In this document: piece after piece, positions 42,947-55,565 of the stretch | Layout: each line of letters begins with the position of its first letter | How positions within the stretch are numbered: the stretch's first letter is position 1 | From: the human T2T-CHM13v2.0 reference genome, Homo sapiens | Assembly: GCF_009914755.1 (NCBI RefSeq) | Contig: NC_060936.1 | DNA length: 64,000 bases | Reading direction: 5' to 3' (one strand) | Program-made: the position numbers and the translations under genes | The notes under the pieces: generated by a model | Database searches by the model: none | What the model saw: only the letters and a program-made list of their open reading frames with translations | What the model was told of the DNA's origin: nothing

Positions 42947-43945
42947 TGTTGTATAATCAAGCATTTGACTGGCCTTTGTCCCTGGCTTCTGGGAGGGAGA
43001 CTCTAAGTTCCTGGAATTTCCCAGGTAATAGGTGTGTCTGTTATTCATATGTCTCTTGTATCACACCTGAGTGTAAGAGATGAGGTAGCTCAGGGTGGGA
43101 TACGATCTCAGAAAGACCAACTATGTGATTAGAAGATTGGAGCTATGAGCCAGCTCAGTCTCTGGAGAGAAGGGGAGGGTTAGGGGTTGAGTTTAATCAC
43201 ATGGCCCATGATTCACTCAATCATGCCTACATAATGAAACCCCAGTAAAAACTCTGGACACTGTGGCTGGGCACAGTGGCTCATGCCTGTAATCTCAGCA
43301 CTTTGGGAGGCCGAGGTGGTTGGATCACGAGGTCAGGAGATCAAGACCATCCTGGCTAACACGGTGAAACCCCATCTCTACTAAAAACACAAAAAATTAG
43401 ACAGGCATGGTGGTGGGTGCCTGTAGTCCCAGCTACTCAGGAGGCTGAGGCAGGAGAATGGCGTGAACCCGGGAGGCAGAACTTGCAGTGAGCCAAGATC
43501 ATGTCACTGCACTCCAGCCTGGGTGACAGAGAGAGACTCTGTCTCAAAAAAAGAGAAAAACTCTGGACACTGGACACCAAGGCTCAGTGGAGCTTGCTGG
43601 CTGCTGAACACATTGATGTGCTGTCCCCTGGCTCCATGGGGACAGGACATGGAAGCTCTGCAATCAGGGCCCTTCCAGACCTTACTTATGTGTGTCTTCT
43701 TTTGGCTGGTCCTGATGTGTACCCTATGTAATAAAACTAGAATCATAAATACAGCACTTTTCTGAGCTTTGCAAGTCATTCTAGCAAAGTGCTCAAACCA
43801 AGGGTGTTGTGGGAAGCCCCAAGATTTGTAGTTCACTGGTCAGAAGTGCAGGCAGCCTTGGTACTGAAGGAGGGGCAGTCTTTTTAGAAACCATGCCCTC
43901 AAAACCTGTGGAGTCTGATGTTAACTCCAGGTGGTTAGTGTCAGA
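42947..43945 (+). mobile_element. MER21-type LTR split by AluY
   Basis: CAGAAAGACCAA..TGTGATTAGA, CAATCATGCCTACATAATGAAACC, end GGTTAGTGTCAGA. Confidence 0.82.
43265..43555 (+). mobile_element. AluY
   Basis: CCATCCTGGCTAACACGG, GAATGGCGTGAACCCGGG; TSD AAAAACTCTGGACACTG. Confidence 0.95.
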
Positions 43946-44207
43946 ACTGAATTTTAATAAGCCTGTTGATGTCAAAATACCATCTGAGTGCTCTTGGGGT
44001 CTTCAGAACCCCTAATCCTGGCTGTGGAATACATACCTGAGAGAGAGGAGAGGCCTCAGGATGTTTGGGGTCTCCAGAGTCCTATTTCAAAGCTGTCAAC
44101 AATTCCTCTTTTCCCCAACCACCACCATCACCACCACCAGAGGGATCGCCATTGGCACATGGCAGTCAGCGCTCTCAACAGCATCACTTCCTGACCCCTT
44201 GTAGCAA

Positions 44208-44348
44208 GTCCTCTGTTCATGGTGAGGCAGAATTCACCAAACCCTGGGCTATCCTTCCATGAGGAGGGAACTTGAGAAAGTTTATAAGGCTGATGAGACA
44301 ATTTTCATTCAGGTTATAGGTTCAAATTTATGATGATGGAATATTATT
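44208..44348 (+). repeat. Dispersed direct repeat copy 1 (pairs with 45589-45739)
   Basis: ATGGTGAGGCAGAATTCACCAAACCCTGGGCTATCCTTCCAT is identical in both copies. Confidence 0.95.
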
Positions 44349-44356
44349 AGTATCTT

Positions 44357-44648
44357 TCTTATTTTTAAGACAGAGTCTCACTCTGTCACCCAGGCTGGAG
44401 TGAAGTGACACGATCTCGGCTCACTGCAACCTGTGCCTCCCAGGTTCAAGCGATTCTCTTGCCTCAGCCTCCTGAGGAGCTGGGATTACAGGCATCCACC
44501 ACCATGCCTGGCTAATTTTTGTATTTTTAGTAGAGATGGGGTTTCACCATGTTGGCCAGGCTGATCTCAAACTCCTGACCTCAAGTGATCTACCCACCTC
44601 AGCCTTCCAAACTGCTGGGATTATAGGTGTGACCCACCACACCCAGCC
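44357..44648 (-). mobile_element. AluS
   Basis: Dimer; TSD TATTAGTATCTT. Confidence 0.95.
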
Positions 44649-44709
44649 TATTAGTATCTTACTTACAGTAAAAAAACTACAAAATAAATAGTTACTAATT
44701 GCTGCAGAT

Positions 44710-45805
44710 TGTAGTAGTTATTTCCTTGTTCAACTGTTGCATTCCCAACAGATTTTTTCTCTCCTCTTTCTTCTCCTAACAGACTCTGCCTGTCTTCCAT
44801 TGCTCAGTCATAAGAACGGGCATGAGAGTACCTGTCCAGTCAGAGTATTTGTTTTAGTTAGGGTAGGTTAATTGCTATAACAAATCAGCCACAAAGCATA
44901 AGGGCTCAAACACAATAAAAGTTTATTTTTTGCTCACATAAAGAGTTCAAAGCTATTAAGGTCAGATTGGGGAGGAAGAGGGCTTTGTTCCACATATTCA
45001 TTCAGTGATCAGCTGTCTAGCAGCTCCTTCCACGCGTTTCCATGATGTCTTTGGACAATAATTTCCAGCTGGTGGAAGGGAAACATGAGGGTGAAAGACC
45101 ATCTGTTTCATAATCTCCATGAGCCAGAAGTAATACATATCAATTTCATTTGTATTGCTTTGATAAGAACTAGCTAAATGGCCTCATCTAGGTGCAAGGG
45201 CAGCTCAGAAATGTAGTCCTTGCCTGGCCTTCTGCTTCCCAGAAAGATCCCTCTAATGTGGAAAAGACAGTACAAATTTTGGTAGATGGTTAGCCATCAG
45301 AAATTGAATAAAGGGTGGAACCATGACCCAAACTGAACCAATTAAAGTACATTTGTGGGACTGATACTTAAAAGATGGGAGAAAAAGAGAAATTTCCTTC
45401 CCAGCCAAGTTGCATCACTGGGAGGATGCAAATCTGGACTTCTGAGGCCACATTCTCCACCATGAGGTGAAGTGTCTACAAAGTGAAGCCAGGGAGTGGG
45501 AGATGGAGAGAGAATGAATGGGAAAGTGAGCGAGTCCTAATGGCCTCGTCTCCCAGTTCTGATCTTGGAGGGTCAGCTTCCCTTTTTGGTCCTCTGTTTA
45601 TGGTGAGGCAGAATTCACCAAACCCTGGGCTATCCTTCCATTAAGAGAAAACTTGAGAAAGTTTATAAGACTGATGAGACAGTTGCACTCAGATTACAGG
45701 CTCAAACTAAGCCCACATTTATGATGATGGGATATTATTCCCAGCTACACAAGCCAATGAGTTCCTCTCTTTAAGGATCAAATTTAGTTTCCGTCACTTG
45801 CATCA
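44710..45805 (+). mobile_element. LTR16/LTR33-like ERVL LTR with MLT1J-type insert (about 44850-45300, minus)
   Basis: CATGACCCAAACTGAACCAAT; end AGCCAAT...TTTCCGTCACTTGCA. Confidence 0.55.
45589..45739 (+). repeat. Dispersed direct repeat copy 2
   Basis: See 44208-44348. Confidence 0.95.
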
Positions 45806-45973
45806 TTCTTTGAGCCTCAGCTATATGCCAAAAGCTACTAGGCATTTTATATAATTTCCCAAATGAATCCTTAAAACAATTATAGGTATTATTAGTTTCA
45901 TTTTATAGATGAGAAAACAGAAATAAGAAGTAAGTAGAGAAACAGTCCAAAATCTAGATCTAATGGTACAGGG

Positions 45974-46192
45974 CAAGGATTGACAAACATTTTCTGTAAG
46001 GGGAAGAGAGTAGATATTTTAGGCTTTGTGGGCCATACGATCTCTCACAACTGCTTAACTATGCCACTATAACACAAAAGCAGCCACAGGAAATAGTATA
46101 TTAATGGATGTAGCTGGGTTTCAATAAAACTTTATTTACAAATCAGGCAGCAGGCTGGATTTGACCCATAGGGCATAGTTTGCTGACCCTTG
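45974..46192. mobile_element. MER58A hAT-Charlie MITE
   Basis: ATATTTTAGGCTTTGTGGGCC...AATAAAACTTTATTTACAAA...TAGTTTGCTGACCC. Confidence 0.9.
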
Positions 46193-47229
46193 ATATGATG
46201 GGGTTTGGGGAATGAACAATGCTAACCTGAAAGTCAAGACAACTATGGTTTTGTCTGTAACTAAATTTGTGATTTTGAACAAATTACTTGACACCTCAGT
46301 TGCTCTCCATTTCCTTATTCATTTCAATGCCCTCACCAGCCTTCCATTCTATCGCGTCCTTTTCAATTCCCACATGCATAATGCATAATTAATTCACAAT
46401 TTAAGCTGGAGTTCAACTGAGAACTACTAATGTATTTTTATTTTAAGTTTGCCTTATCACAGAGTATATAAATCATTAATTAATCCTTTTTCTTGATGCC
46501 CCTAGTTCATGGAAGGTGTCTGTGATTCGTGTGATTTCGTCCCTCAGGTGCCCCTGGGATGGGCAGGGCCATTGGCCCCCATGCTATGTGCCGTGAGGTC
46601 AGCCATCAGTTTGTCTGGTGGCACTGCCTGTTGCCTCTGCCATCACTTCTCACTGGTGCTAATCTGCTCCCTAATGAATACTCATTTGCTTAGATCAAGG
46701 TCCAAGAATGTGTCCTTGTTCATCCCTCCTTCGAGTAAACTACAACTATGCCCATAGAGACCATTCCCTTTGACTTCAAATTCCAGGGCCTGGGGGGTTG
46801 GCATTCCTAGAAACATGATCCTGGAGGAACAGGGCATTGTTTAAATGCCTGCCTGGTTAACTTGTTTAGCCAAAAATATGACACTCAAGTCATAAGACTA
46901 ATTTTACAAACTACTCTTTTCTTAAGCAATTAGGCTTCCAGAAGTCTCTGGCACATGAAAATTTTCCATGAACTCTGAAAGCCAATTAGAACAGAGGAAA
47001 ACAAAAGTTGGAGACTCCATATCCTTCATCTCAGTAAGGTCATGGACGTCCCCTCAGGGCTCTCTGGAGAAAGTCCATTGTCAACATACTTGTGTACTGT
47101 CAGTGGGATCAAAAGAGCATCAAATCTTTTGGGAATATTTGGAACTAGAGATCTGAGGGTTAGAATGAGTCAAGGAAGGTGAAATGGTAAATGTTCATAG
47201 ACTAGGCCTCCCTCCCTGATAAAGGGCAG

Positions 47230-47491
47230 ATAGCAGATAGGCAACTGGTGTTTAGAAGAGGGCCAGATAGTAAATATTTTTAGGCTTTGCAATCTATATA
47301 CTCTGCACACGGTCTCCGTTGCATAATTTTTCTTTTCTTTCCTTTCTTTTTTTTTTTTTTTTTTTTTTTTTTGCTTTTTAGCTTTTCTTAACAAAAAAAT
47401 TAAAAATTTAAATTAGAAAAACTATTATTAGCTCAAGGGTTGTACAAAACTAGGCAAATTTGGCCCACAGGCTGTAGTTTGCTGACCATTG
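47230..47491. mobile_element. MER58B-like MITE with expanded poly-T
   Basis: GGGCCAGATAGTAAATATTTTTAGGCTTTGC...GTAGTTTGCTGACC. Confidence 0.85.
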
Positions 47492-47521
47492 CAACAGGAA
47501 TCCTGGCTTTGCCATCACTAG

Positions 47522-47842
<321 letters not shown>

Positions 47843-48145
47843 TAGGGAATGAATAACTATGCATTCTAAGTCTCATTTTCATCATGTATAAAATGAGAAT
47901 GCCACCACCTATATTGTAGGATTGTTGACTGGGATGCTGCTTCACAGCACTAGCACATAGCTCCATTCGGTCCATGAACAGTAGCTGGCACTGCTAATTT
48001 CTGAATCATCATACAGTCTCTGTTTTCATGTGGCTACTACTTTTTCTTTGTCTCTGCCTTCTCTGAAAAGGCCCTTAAATGTTAGTCTTAGGGTTTTAGG
48101 TAAGGGTTAGATTTATACACAGGTAGGCCTTGAGGAATAAGATGG

Positions 48146-48576
48146 TGTTATAGTTCGGATGTTCTCAAAACTTCGTGTTAAAATTTGATCTCCAGTGTTG
48201 GAGGTGGAGCCTAGTCAGGGGGGTCTTTGGGGCAGATCCCTCTTGAATGGCTTAGTGCCATCCTTGAGCTAATGAGTAAGTTCTTGCCCTATTAGTTCCC
48301 ATGAAAGCTGTTTGTTAAGAGCCTGACACCCCTCGCTCTTACTCTCTCACTCTCTCTCCTCTCTCTTGTTTTTCCTCTGACCACGTGACCTTGCACACAT
48401 CTCCTCCCCTTCCACTTCCACCATGAGTGGAAGCAGTCTGAGGCCCTCACCAGAAGCAGATGTCGGTGCTATGCTTCTTGTACAGCCTGCAGAACCATGA
48501 ACAAATAAACCACTATTTTTTAATAAATTACCCACCCTCAGGTATTCCTTTATAGCAACACAAATGGACTAAGACA
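48146..48576 (+). mobile_element. MSTB-type solo LTR
   Basis: TGTTATAGTT...TATAGCAACACAAATGGACTAAGACA; TSD GATGG/GATGC. Confidence 0.9.
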
Positions 48577-49199
48577 GATGCATTTAAGACTCTGCTAAAA
48601 ATAAAAAATAAATTAAAAAGAGAGTAGTTCTTTAATATCTTTCCTGCCAGACTGCCAAAGGCATGAATTTCCACCTGCAAATTGCCCTTTTGCAGCACAA
48701 TATTCAGTCTCCATAGTCTCCTGTTACAATACAAATCTATGACTAGAAGAGACAGGGGCCACCTGGCTGGCCTCACTAATACCACAGCACAAGGTTGCTT
48801 AGCAAATTAGCTCATCTTTGATCACATAGCCTGAAGGAAATGCCCACAATGAAGACCACACTAGCCAGAAGACAGTCTGTAGAGGAGTCACTCAAAGGCT
48901 TTACAAGAAACAAGGGCTGGAGGGAGACTCCTAGAGAGGAGGTGAGAGAAGACAAACTTTGTGATCTGATAGCCTGTGTATTTCACTGTCCTCAACCGTC
49001 TCTCTCCCGATTCCTAGGTTCTGGCACCTACTCCCTCCATTGTTGGTGCTTGAAATTTGTTTGCTCTCCTAATCCCAAGTTAGGTTAGCCACAGCCTGCC
49101 TCCATGACTTCCTCAAAATTCAGCCCATGTCCCTTGCCAACAGGGCAGCTTGCATTTCCAGAAATTCCTGTGTGCTTAAGTGAGGTGAAAGTGGATTTT

Positions 49200-49810
49200 A
49201 CGTTAAATTGTTTGTCTTTGTGATTGTGAAATCTAACTAATGTACTGAAAAGTACATGGAGATGAACCTGCATGAAAAGAAACCCATTGAGGCCTCCTGT
49301 TCCTATGCACACTTCGTCCCCCTTCCTGGTCCTAACACCCTCTCTCCCCCCTCACAGTCACCACTGTCCTCAGCATTCTGGTGCTCATTTCCTCTGCCTT
49401 TTAAAAATAGTTTTATTTCCTCATTATGCACACCTGGACAATATGTTTAAATGTTGTCTGTTTTCGGATTTTATGAGTGGAATTGTGCAGTGTGTATTAT
49501 TAGATGCCTAACCTCTTGCTCAATGTTGTCTTTAAGAAGCATACCTGTTGTGGTGTGAAACGGCACCTGTTTTGATAGCTATGTAGGATTCCACTGCTTG
49601 AACACACCCCAACTGTTTACCCATTCTACTATTGATAGACACTCGGGCTATTTCCATGTTGGGACAATTACAGTGTGGCTACGAACCTCTTAAATTGTAT
49701 ATACTGGTGCTGTAAGCATGCATTTCTTATAGGCCCTAGGGAATTGGGGTCATAGACATTTGTAACCAATAATCAATTGTAGCCAAGTATTACCAATTTT
49801 TTTCCAACAA
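49200..49810 (-). mobile_element. L1ME 3' end
   Basis: TGGAATTGTGCAGTGTGT, TTTACCCATTCTACTATTGATAGACA antisense. Confidence 0.65.
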
Positions 49811-49904
49811 TTTTTTTCCTAGGCTTTTCTTGCAATTTTCAAGAAAATATTTCAATTCATATACCAAGAAGAAAGAAAGTGATTTTTTTTCCACAATAGT
49901 CTTT

Positions 49905-50620
<716 letters not shown>

Positions 50621-50834
50621 TTTTTTTTTCACAGTATTCTTAACCAGCTCTTATGCTTACATTGCACCACAGTACCTTTATTTCATCATTCACTCACCAA
50701 ATATAGTAAGCATCTATCATATGCCTAGTACTATGCTTACAGTCATGAACAAAACAAGCAAATACCTCCAACCTTAAACAGCTAACATTCTAGTAGTGAG
50801 ACAATTACAAATAAATAATACCTTTTTAAAAATA

Positions 50835-51692
50835 CACCAGATGCAGAATATATAAAGAACTCCTACACCTTAACAACAACAAAAATCCTAATGAAAAAAT
50901 GAGCAAAGACTTAGACATTTCTCCATTGAAGATATACAAATGCCAACAAGCCTATGAAAAGATGCTTCACATCACTAACCATTAGGGAAATGCAAATCAA
51001 AACCACAATGAGATACCACCTCGCATCCATTAGAATGGCCACTGCCAAAAAGAAAATAATAAGTATTGATGAGCATGTAGAGAAATTGGAACCCTTGGGC
51101 AAAGCTGGCAGAAATGTAAAATGTTACAGCCATTGTGGAAAAGAGTATGGCAGTTCCTCAAAAACTAAAAATAGAATTACCATATGATTCAGAATTCCAC
51201 TTCTGGATAAATACACAGAATTGAAAGCAGGGCCTTGAGGAGACATTTGTTCACCTATGTTCACAGCAGCTTTATTCACATTAGCCAAAAAGTAGAAGCA
51301 ACCCAGGTGCTCATTGATGGATGAATGCATAAACAAAATGTGTATATATACCATAGAATATTATTCAGGCTTAAAAAAAGAAGGAAATTCTGACCCATGC
51401 TACAAACTTGGGGACATTACGTGAAGTGAAATAAGCCAGTTACAAAAAGGCAAATATTGTATGATTCCACTTATATAAGTAGTCAAATTCACAGACAGAA
51501 AGTAGAATGGTGGTTGCCAGAGGTTGGTGGGGGGAGGTGAGAGCAGTGAGGTAGGGAGTAGTTGTTTAGTGGATGCAAAGTTTCAATTTTGCAAGGTCAA
51601 AGGACTTTCAGAGATGGATGGTGGTGATGGTTGCACAACAATGTGAATATACTTAATACCACTGAACTGTACACTTAAAAATGGTTACAATG
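50835..51692 (+). mobile_element. L1MB 3' end (host element; resumes at 59573-59620)
   Basis: ORF2 tail [13 protein letters not shown]; CCACTGAACTGTACACTTAAAAATGG. Confidence 0.88.
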
Positions 51693-53440
51693 GGGGTGGA
51701 GGCAGAGCAAGATGGCCAAATAGAAGCCTCCAGCAACAGTTCTCCCCTTCCCCAGAAGAACACCAAATTGAACAACTATCCACATGAGAAAACACCTTCA
51801 TTAGCACCAAAAATCAGGTGAGCAATCATAGTACCTGGTTTCAACAACATATCAAGGAAAGAGGCACTAAAGAGAGTGGGAAAGACTGTCTTGAATCCCT
51901 GACATCACCCCTGCCCGATCCCTTGACAGTGGCCACCTGGTGCAGAGAGAAAATATGTGTGCTTGGGGAAGAGAAAGCACAGTGATCGTGGAACTTTTGT
52001 TGGAACTCAGGGCTGCCCTGTCACAGTGGAAAGCAACACATGGCAGAATTCAGCTGGTGTCCACAGAGGAAACATTTAGAACAGCCCTAGCCAGAGGGGA
52101 AACACTCATCCCAGCAGCTGGAATCTGATTTCTGGCTAGCCCCACCACCACAGGCTAAAAGGCTTTGGGGTCCTAAATAAACATAAGGTTGTCTAGACCA
52201 CAAGGACTGCAATTCCTGGGCAAGTCCTGGTGTGGTGCTCAGCTGGTTAGACACCAACTGAGGTGGCCAAGTGAATGCTTGCATCACCTCTCTCCCAACC
52301 TCAGGCAATGCAGCTTACAGCTCTAGGAGAGGCTCCTTCCTTCTGCTTGAAGACAGGAGAAAGAAGAGTAAAGATTTTGTCTTGTAACCTGGATACCAGC
52401 TCAGCCACAGTAGACTAGGACACCAGGCAGAGTCCTGAGGCCCCCATTCCAGGCCCGAGCTCTGGTCGACATTTCCAGTCACACCCTGAGCCAGAAGGGA
52501 ACCCGCTGCCTTGAAGGAAATGACCCAGTCCTGGGAGGTTCATCATCTGCTGACTAAAGAGCCCTTGAACCTTGAACAAACCTCAGTGGTACTTAGGCAG
52601 TTCTCACTGTGAACCTTGGATGAGATCCAGGGCTGTGCTGGCTTCAGGTGTGACCTAGCACATTCCCAGGTGTGGTGGCCATGGAGACAGACTCCTTCTA
52701 CTTGAAGAAAGGGGAAAGAAGAGTAAAGGTAACTTTGTCTTCTGGCAATTCCACTACTGGGTATTTAGCCAAAGGAAATGAAATCAGTGTGTCAAAGAGA
52801 TATCTGCACTCCCATGTTTAATGCAGCATTATTCACATAGCCAAGATTTGGAAGGAACCTAAGCATCCATCAACAGACAAATGGATAAATGAAATGCAGT
52901 ACCTACATACAATGGAGTACTATTCAGCCACAAAAAGAATGAGATCGTGTCATTTGCAACAACATGGATGGAACTGGAGGTCATTATGTTCAGTGAAATG
53001 AAGCCAGGCACTGAAAGACAAACTTCACATATTCTCATTCATTTGTGGAAGCTAAAAATTAATACAATTGAACTTATGAAGACAGAAAGTAGAATATTGG
53101 TTACCAGAGGCTGGATATGGCAGTAGGGGTGGCAGGGGGAAATGGGAATGGTTAATGGGTACAGGAACATAGTTTGATAGAATGAATAAGATCTAGTATT
53201 TGATAGCACAACAGTGTGAATACAGTCAACAATAATTCATTATACATTTAAAAATAACAAAATAGTATAATTTGAATATTTATAACACAAAGAAATGATA
53301 AATGTTTGAGGTCATGGATACCCCATTTACCCTGATGTAATTAATATGTATTGTATGCCTGTATCAAAATATCTCATGTACCGCATAAGTACACATACCT
53401 ATTATGTACCTGCAAAAATTAAAACATAAAATTTTAAAAA
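51693..53440 (+). mobile_element. L1MA2/3-type element with large internal deletion (5' UTR joined to 3' end at about 52741)
   Basis: CAAGATGGCCAAATAGAAGCC start; 3' UTR GAATGAATAAGATCTAGTATTTG; flanking TTAAAAATGG(T/C)TA(C/A)AATG duplication. Confidence 0.85.
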
Positions 53441-54464
53441 TGGCTAAAATGGGGGGTGGTCCAAGATGCCCGAATAGGAACAGCTCCGGTCTGTAGCTGC
53501 CAGCGTAATCAATGCAGAAGACGGGTGATTTCTGCATGTCCAACTCAGGTACCTGGTTCATCTCAATGGGACTGGTTGGACAGTGGGTGCAGCCCACGGA
53601 GGGCGAGCCAAAGCAGGGCAGGGCATCACTTCACCAGGGAAGTGCAAAGGGTCGGGGGATTTCCCTTTCCTAGCCAAGAGAAGCCGTGACAGACTACCTG
53701 GAAAAACGGGACACTCCTGCCCCAATACTGTGCTTTTCCCAAGGTTTTAGCAACTGGCAGACAAGGTGACTCTCTTCCGTGCCTGGCTTGGTAACTCCCA
53801 CACCCATGGAGCCTTGCTCACTGCTAGCAGTCTGAGATCAATCTGCAAGATGGCAGCCTGGCTGGGGGAGGGGCGTCTGCCATTGCTGAGACTTGAGTAG
53901 GTAAACAGAGCGGCCCAGAAGCTGAAACTGGGCAGAGCCCACCGCAGCTTAACAAGGCCTACTGCCTCTAGACTCCACTTCTGTGGACAGGGCATAGCTA
54001 AACAAAAGGCAGCAGACAACTTCTGCAGACTTAAATGTCCCTGTCTGACAGCTCTGAAGAGAGCAGTGGTTCTCCCAGCATGGCGCTTGAGCTCCAATAA
54101 CGGACAGACTGCCTCCTCAAGTGGGTCCCTGACCCCTGTGTAGCCTGACTGGGAGACACCTCCCAGTAGGGGCCAACAGACACCTCATACAGGTGGGTGC
54201 CACTCTGGGACAAAGCTTCCAGAGGAAGAATCAGGCAGCAATATTTGCTGTTCTGCAGCCTCCGCTGGTGATACCCAGGCAAACAGGGTCTGGAGTGGAA
54301 CTCCCACAAACTCCAACAGACCTGCAGCTGAGGGACCTGACTGTTAGAAGGAAAACTAACAAACTGAAAGGAATAGCATCAACATCAACAAAAAGGTCAT
54401 CTACACCAAAACCCCATCTGTAGGTCACCAATATCAAAGAACAAAGGTAGATAAAACCACAAAG

Positions 54465-55502
54465 ATGGGAAGAAACCGGAACAGAAAAGCTGAAAATTCT
54501 AAAAACCAGAGCGCCTCTTCTCCTCCAAATGATCGCAGCTCCTTGCCAACAATGGAACAAAGATGGATGGACAATGACTTTGATGAGTTGACAGAAGTAG
54601 GCTTCAGAAGGTCGGTAATAACAAACGTCTCCAAGCTAAAGGAGCATGTTCTAACCCATTGCAAGGAAGCTAAAAACGTTGAAAAAGATTAGGGCTTAAC
54701 TTTAACTTAAAATGCCTAACTAGAATAAACAGTGTAAAGAAGACCTTAAATCACTGGTTGGAGCTGAAAACCATAGCACGAGAACTTCGTGATGCATACA
54801 CAAGCTTCAATAGCCGATTTGATCAAGTGGAAGAAAGGGTATCAGTGATTGAAGATCAAATTAATGAAATAAAGCAGGAAAACAAGGTTAGAGAAAAAAA
54901 GTAAAAAGAAACAAACAAAGCCTCCAAGAAATATGGGACTATGTGAAAAGACCAAATTTACGTTTGATTGGTGTACCTAAAAGTGATGGGGAGAATGGAA
55001 CCAAGTTGGAAAACACTCTGCAGGATATTATCCAGGAGAACTTCCCCAACATAGCAAGGCAGGCCAACATTCAAATTCAGGAAATACAGAGAACACCTCA
55101 AAGATACTCTTTGAGAAAAGCAACCCCAAGACACATAATTGTGAGATTCACCAAGGTTGAAGTGAAGGAAAAAGTGTTAAGGGCAGCCAGAGAGAAATGT
55201 CGAGTTACCCACAAAGAGAAGCCCATCAGACTAACAACGGATCTCTCGGCAGAAACCCTACAAGCCAGAAGAGAGTGGGGGCCAATATTCAATATTCTTA
55301 AAGAAAAGAATTTTCAACCCAGAATTTCATATCCAGCCAAACTAAGCTTCTTAAGTGAAGGAGAAATAAAATCCTTTCAGACAAGCAAATGCTGAGAGAT
55401 TTTGTCACCACCAGGCCTGCCTTATAAGGGTTCCTGAAGGAAGCACTAAACATGGGAAGAAACAACTGGTACCAGCCACTGCAAAAACATACCAAATTGT
55501 AA
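54465..55502 (+). pseudogene. L1 ORF1p, disrupted
   Basis: MGRNRNRKAENSK... broken at 54692; KRPNLRLIGVP...YPAKLSF fragment 54943-55395. Confidence 0.92.
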
Positions 55503-55565
55503 AGACCATCAATGCTATGAAGAAACTGCATCAATTAGTGGGTGAAATAACCAGCGAACATCATA

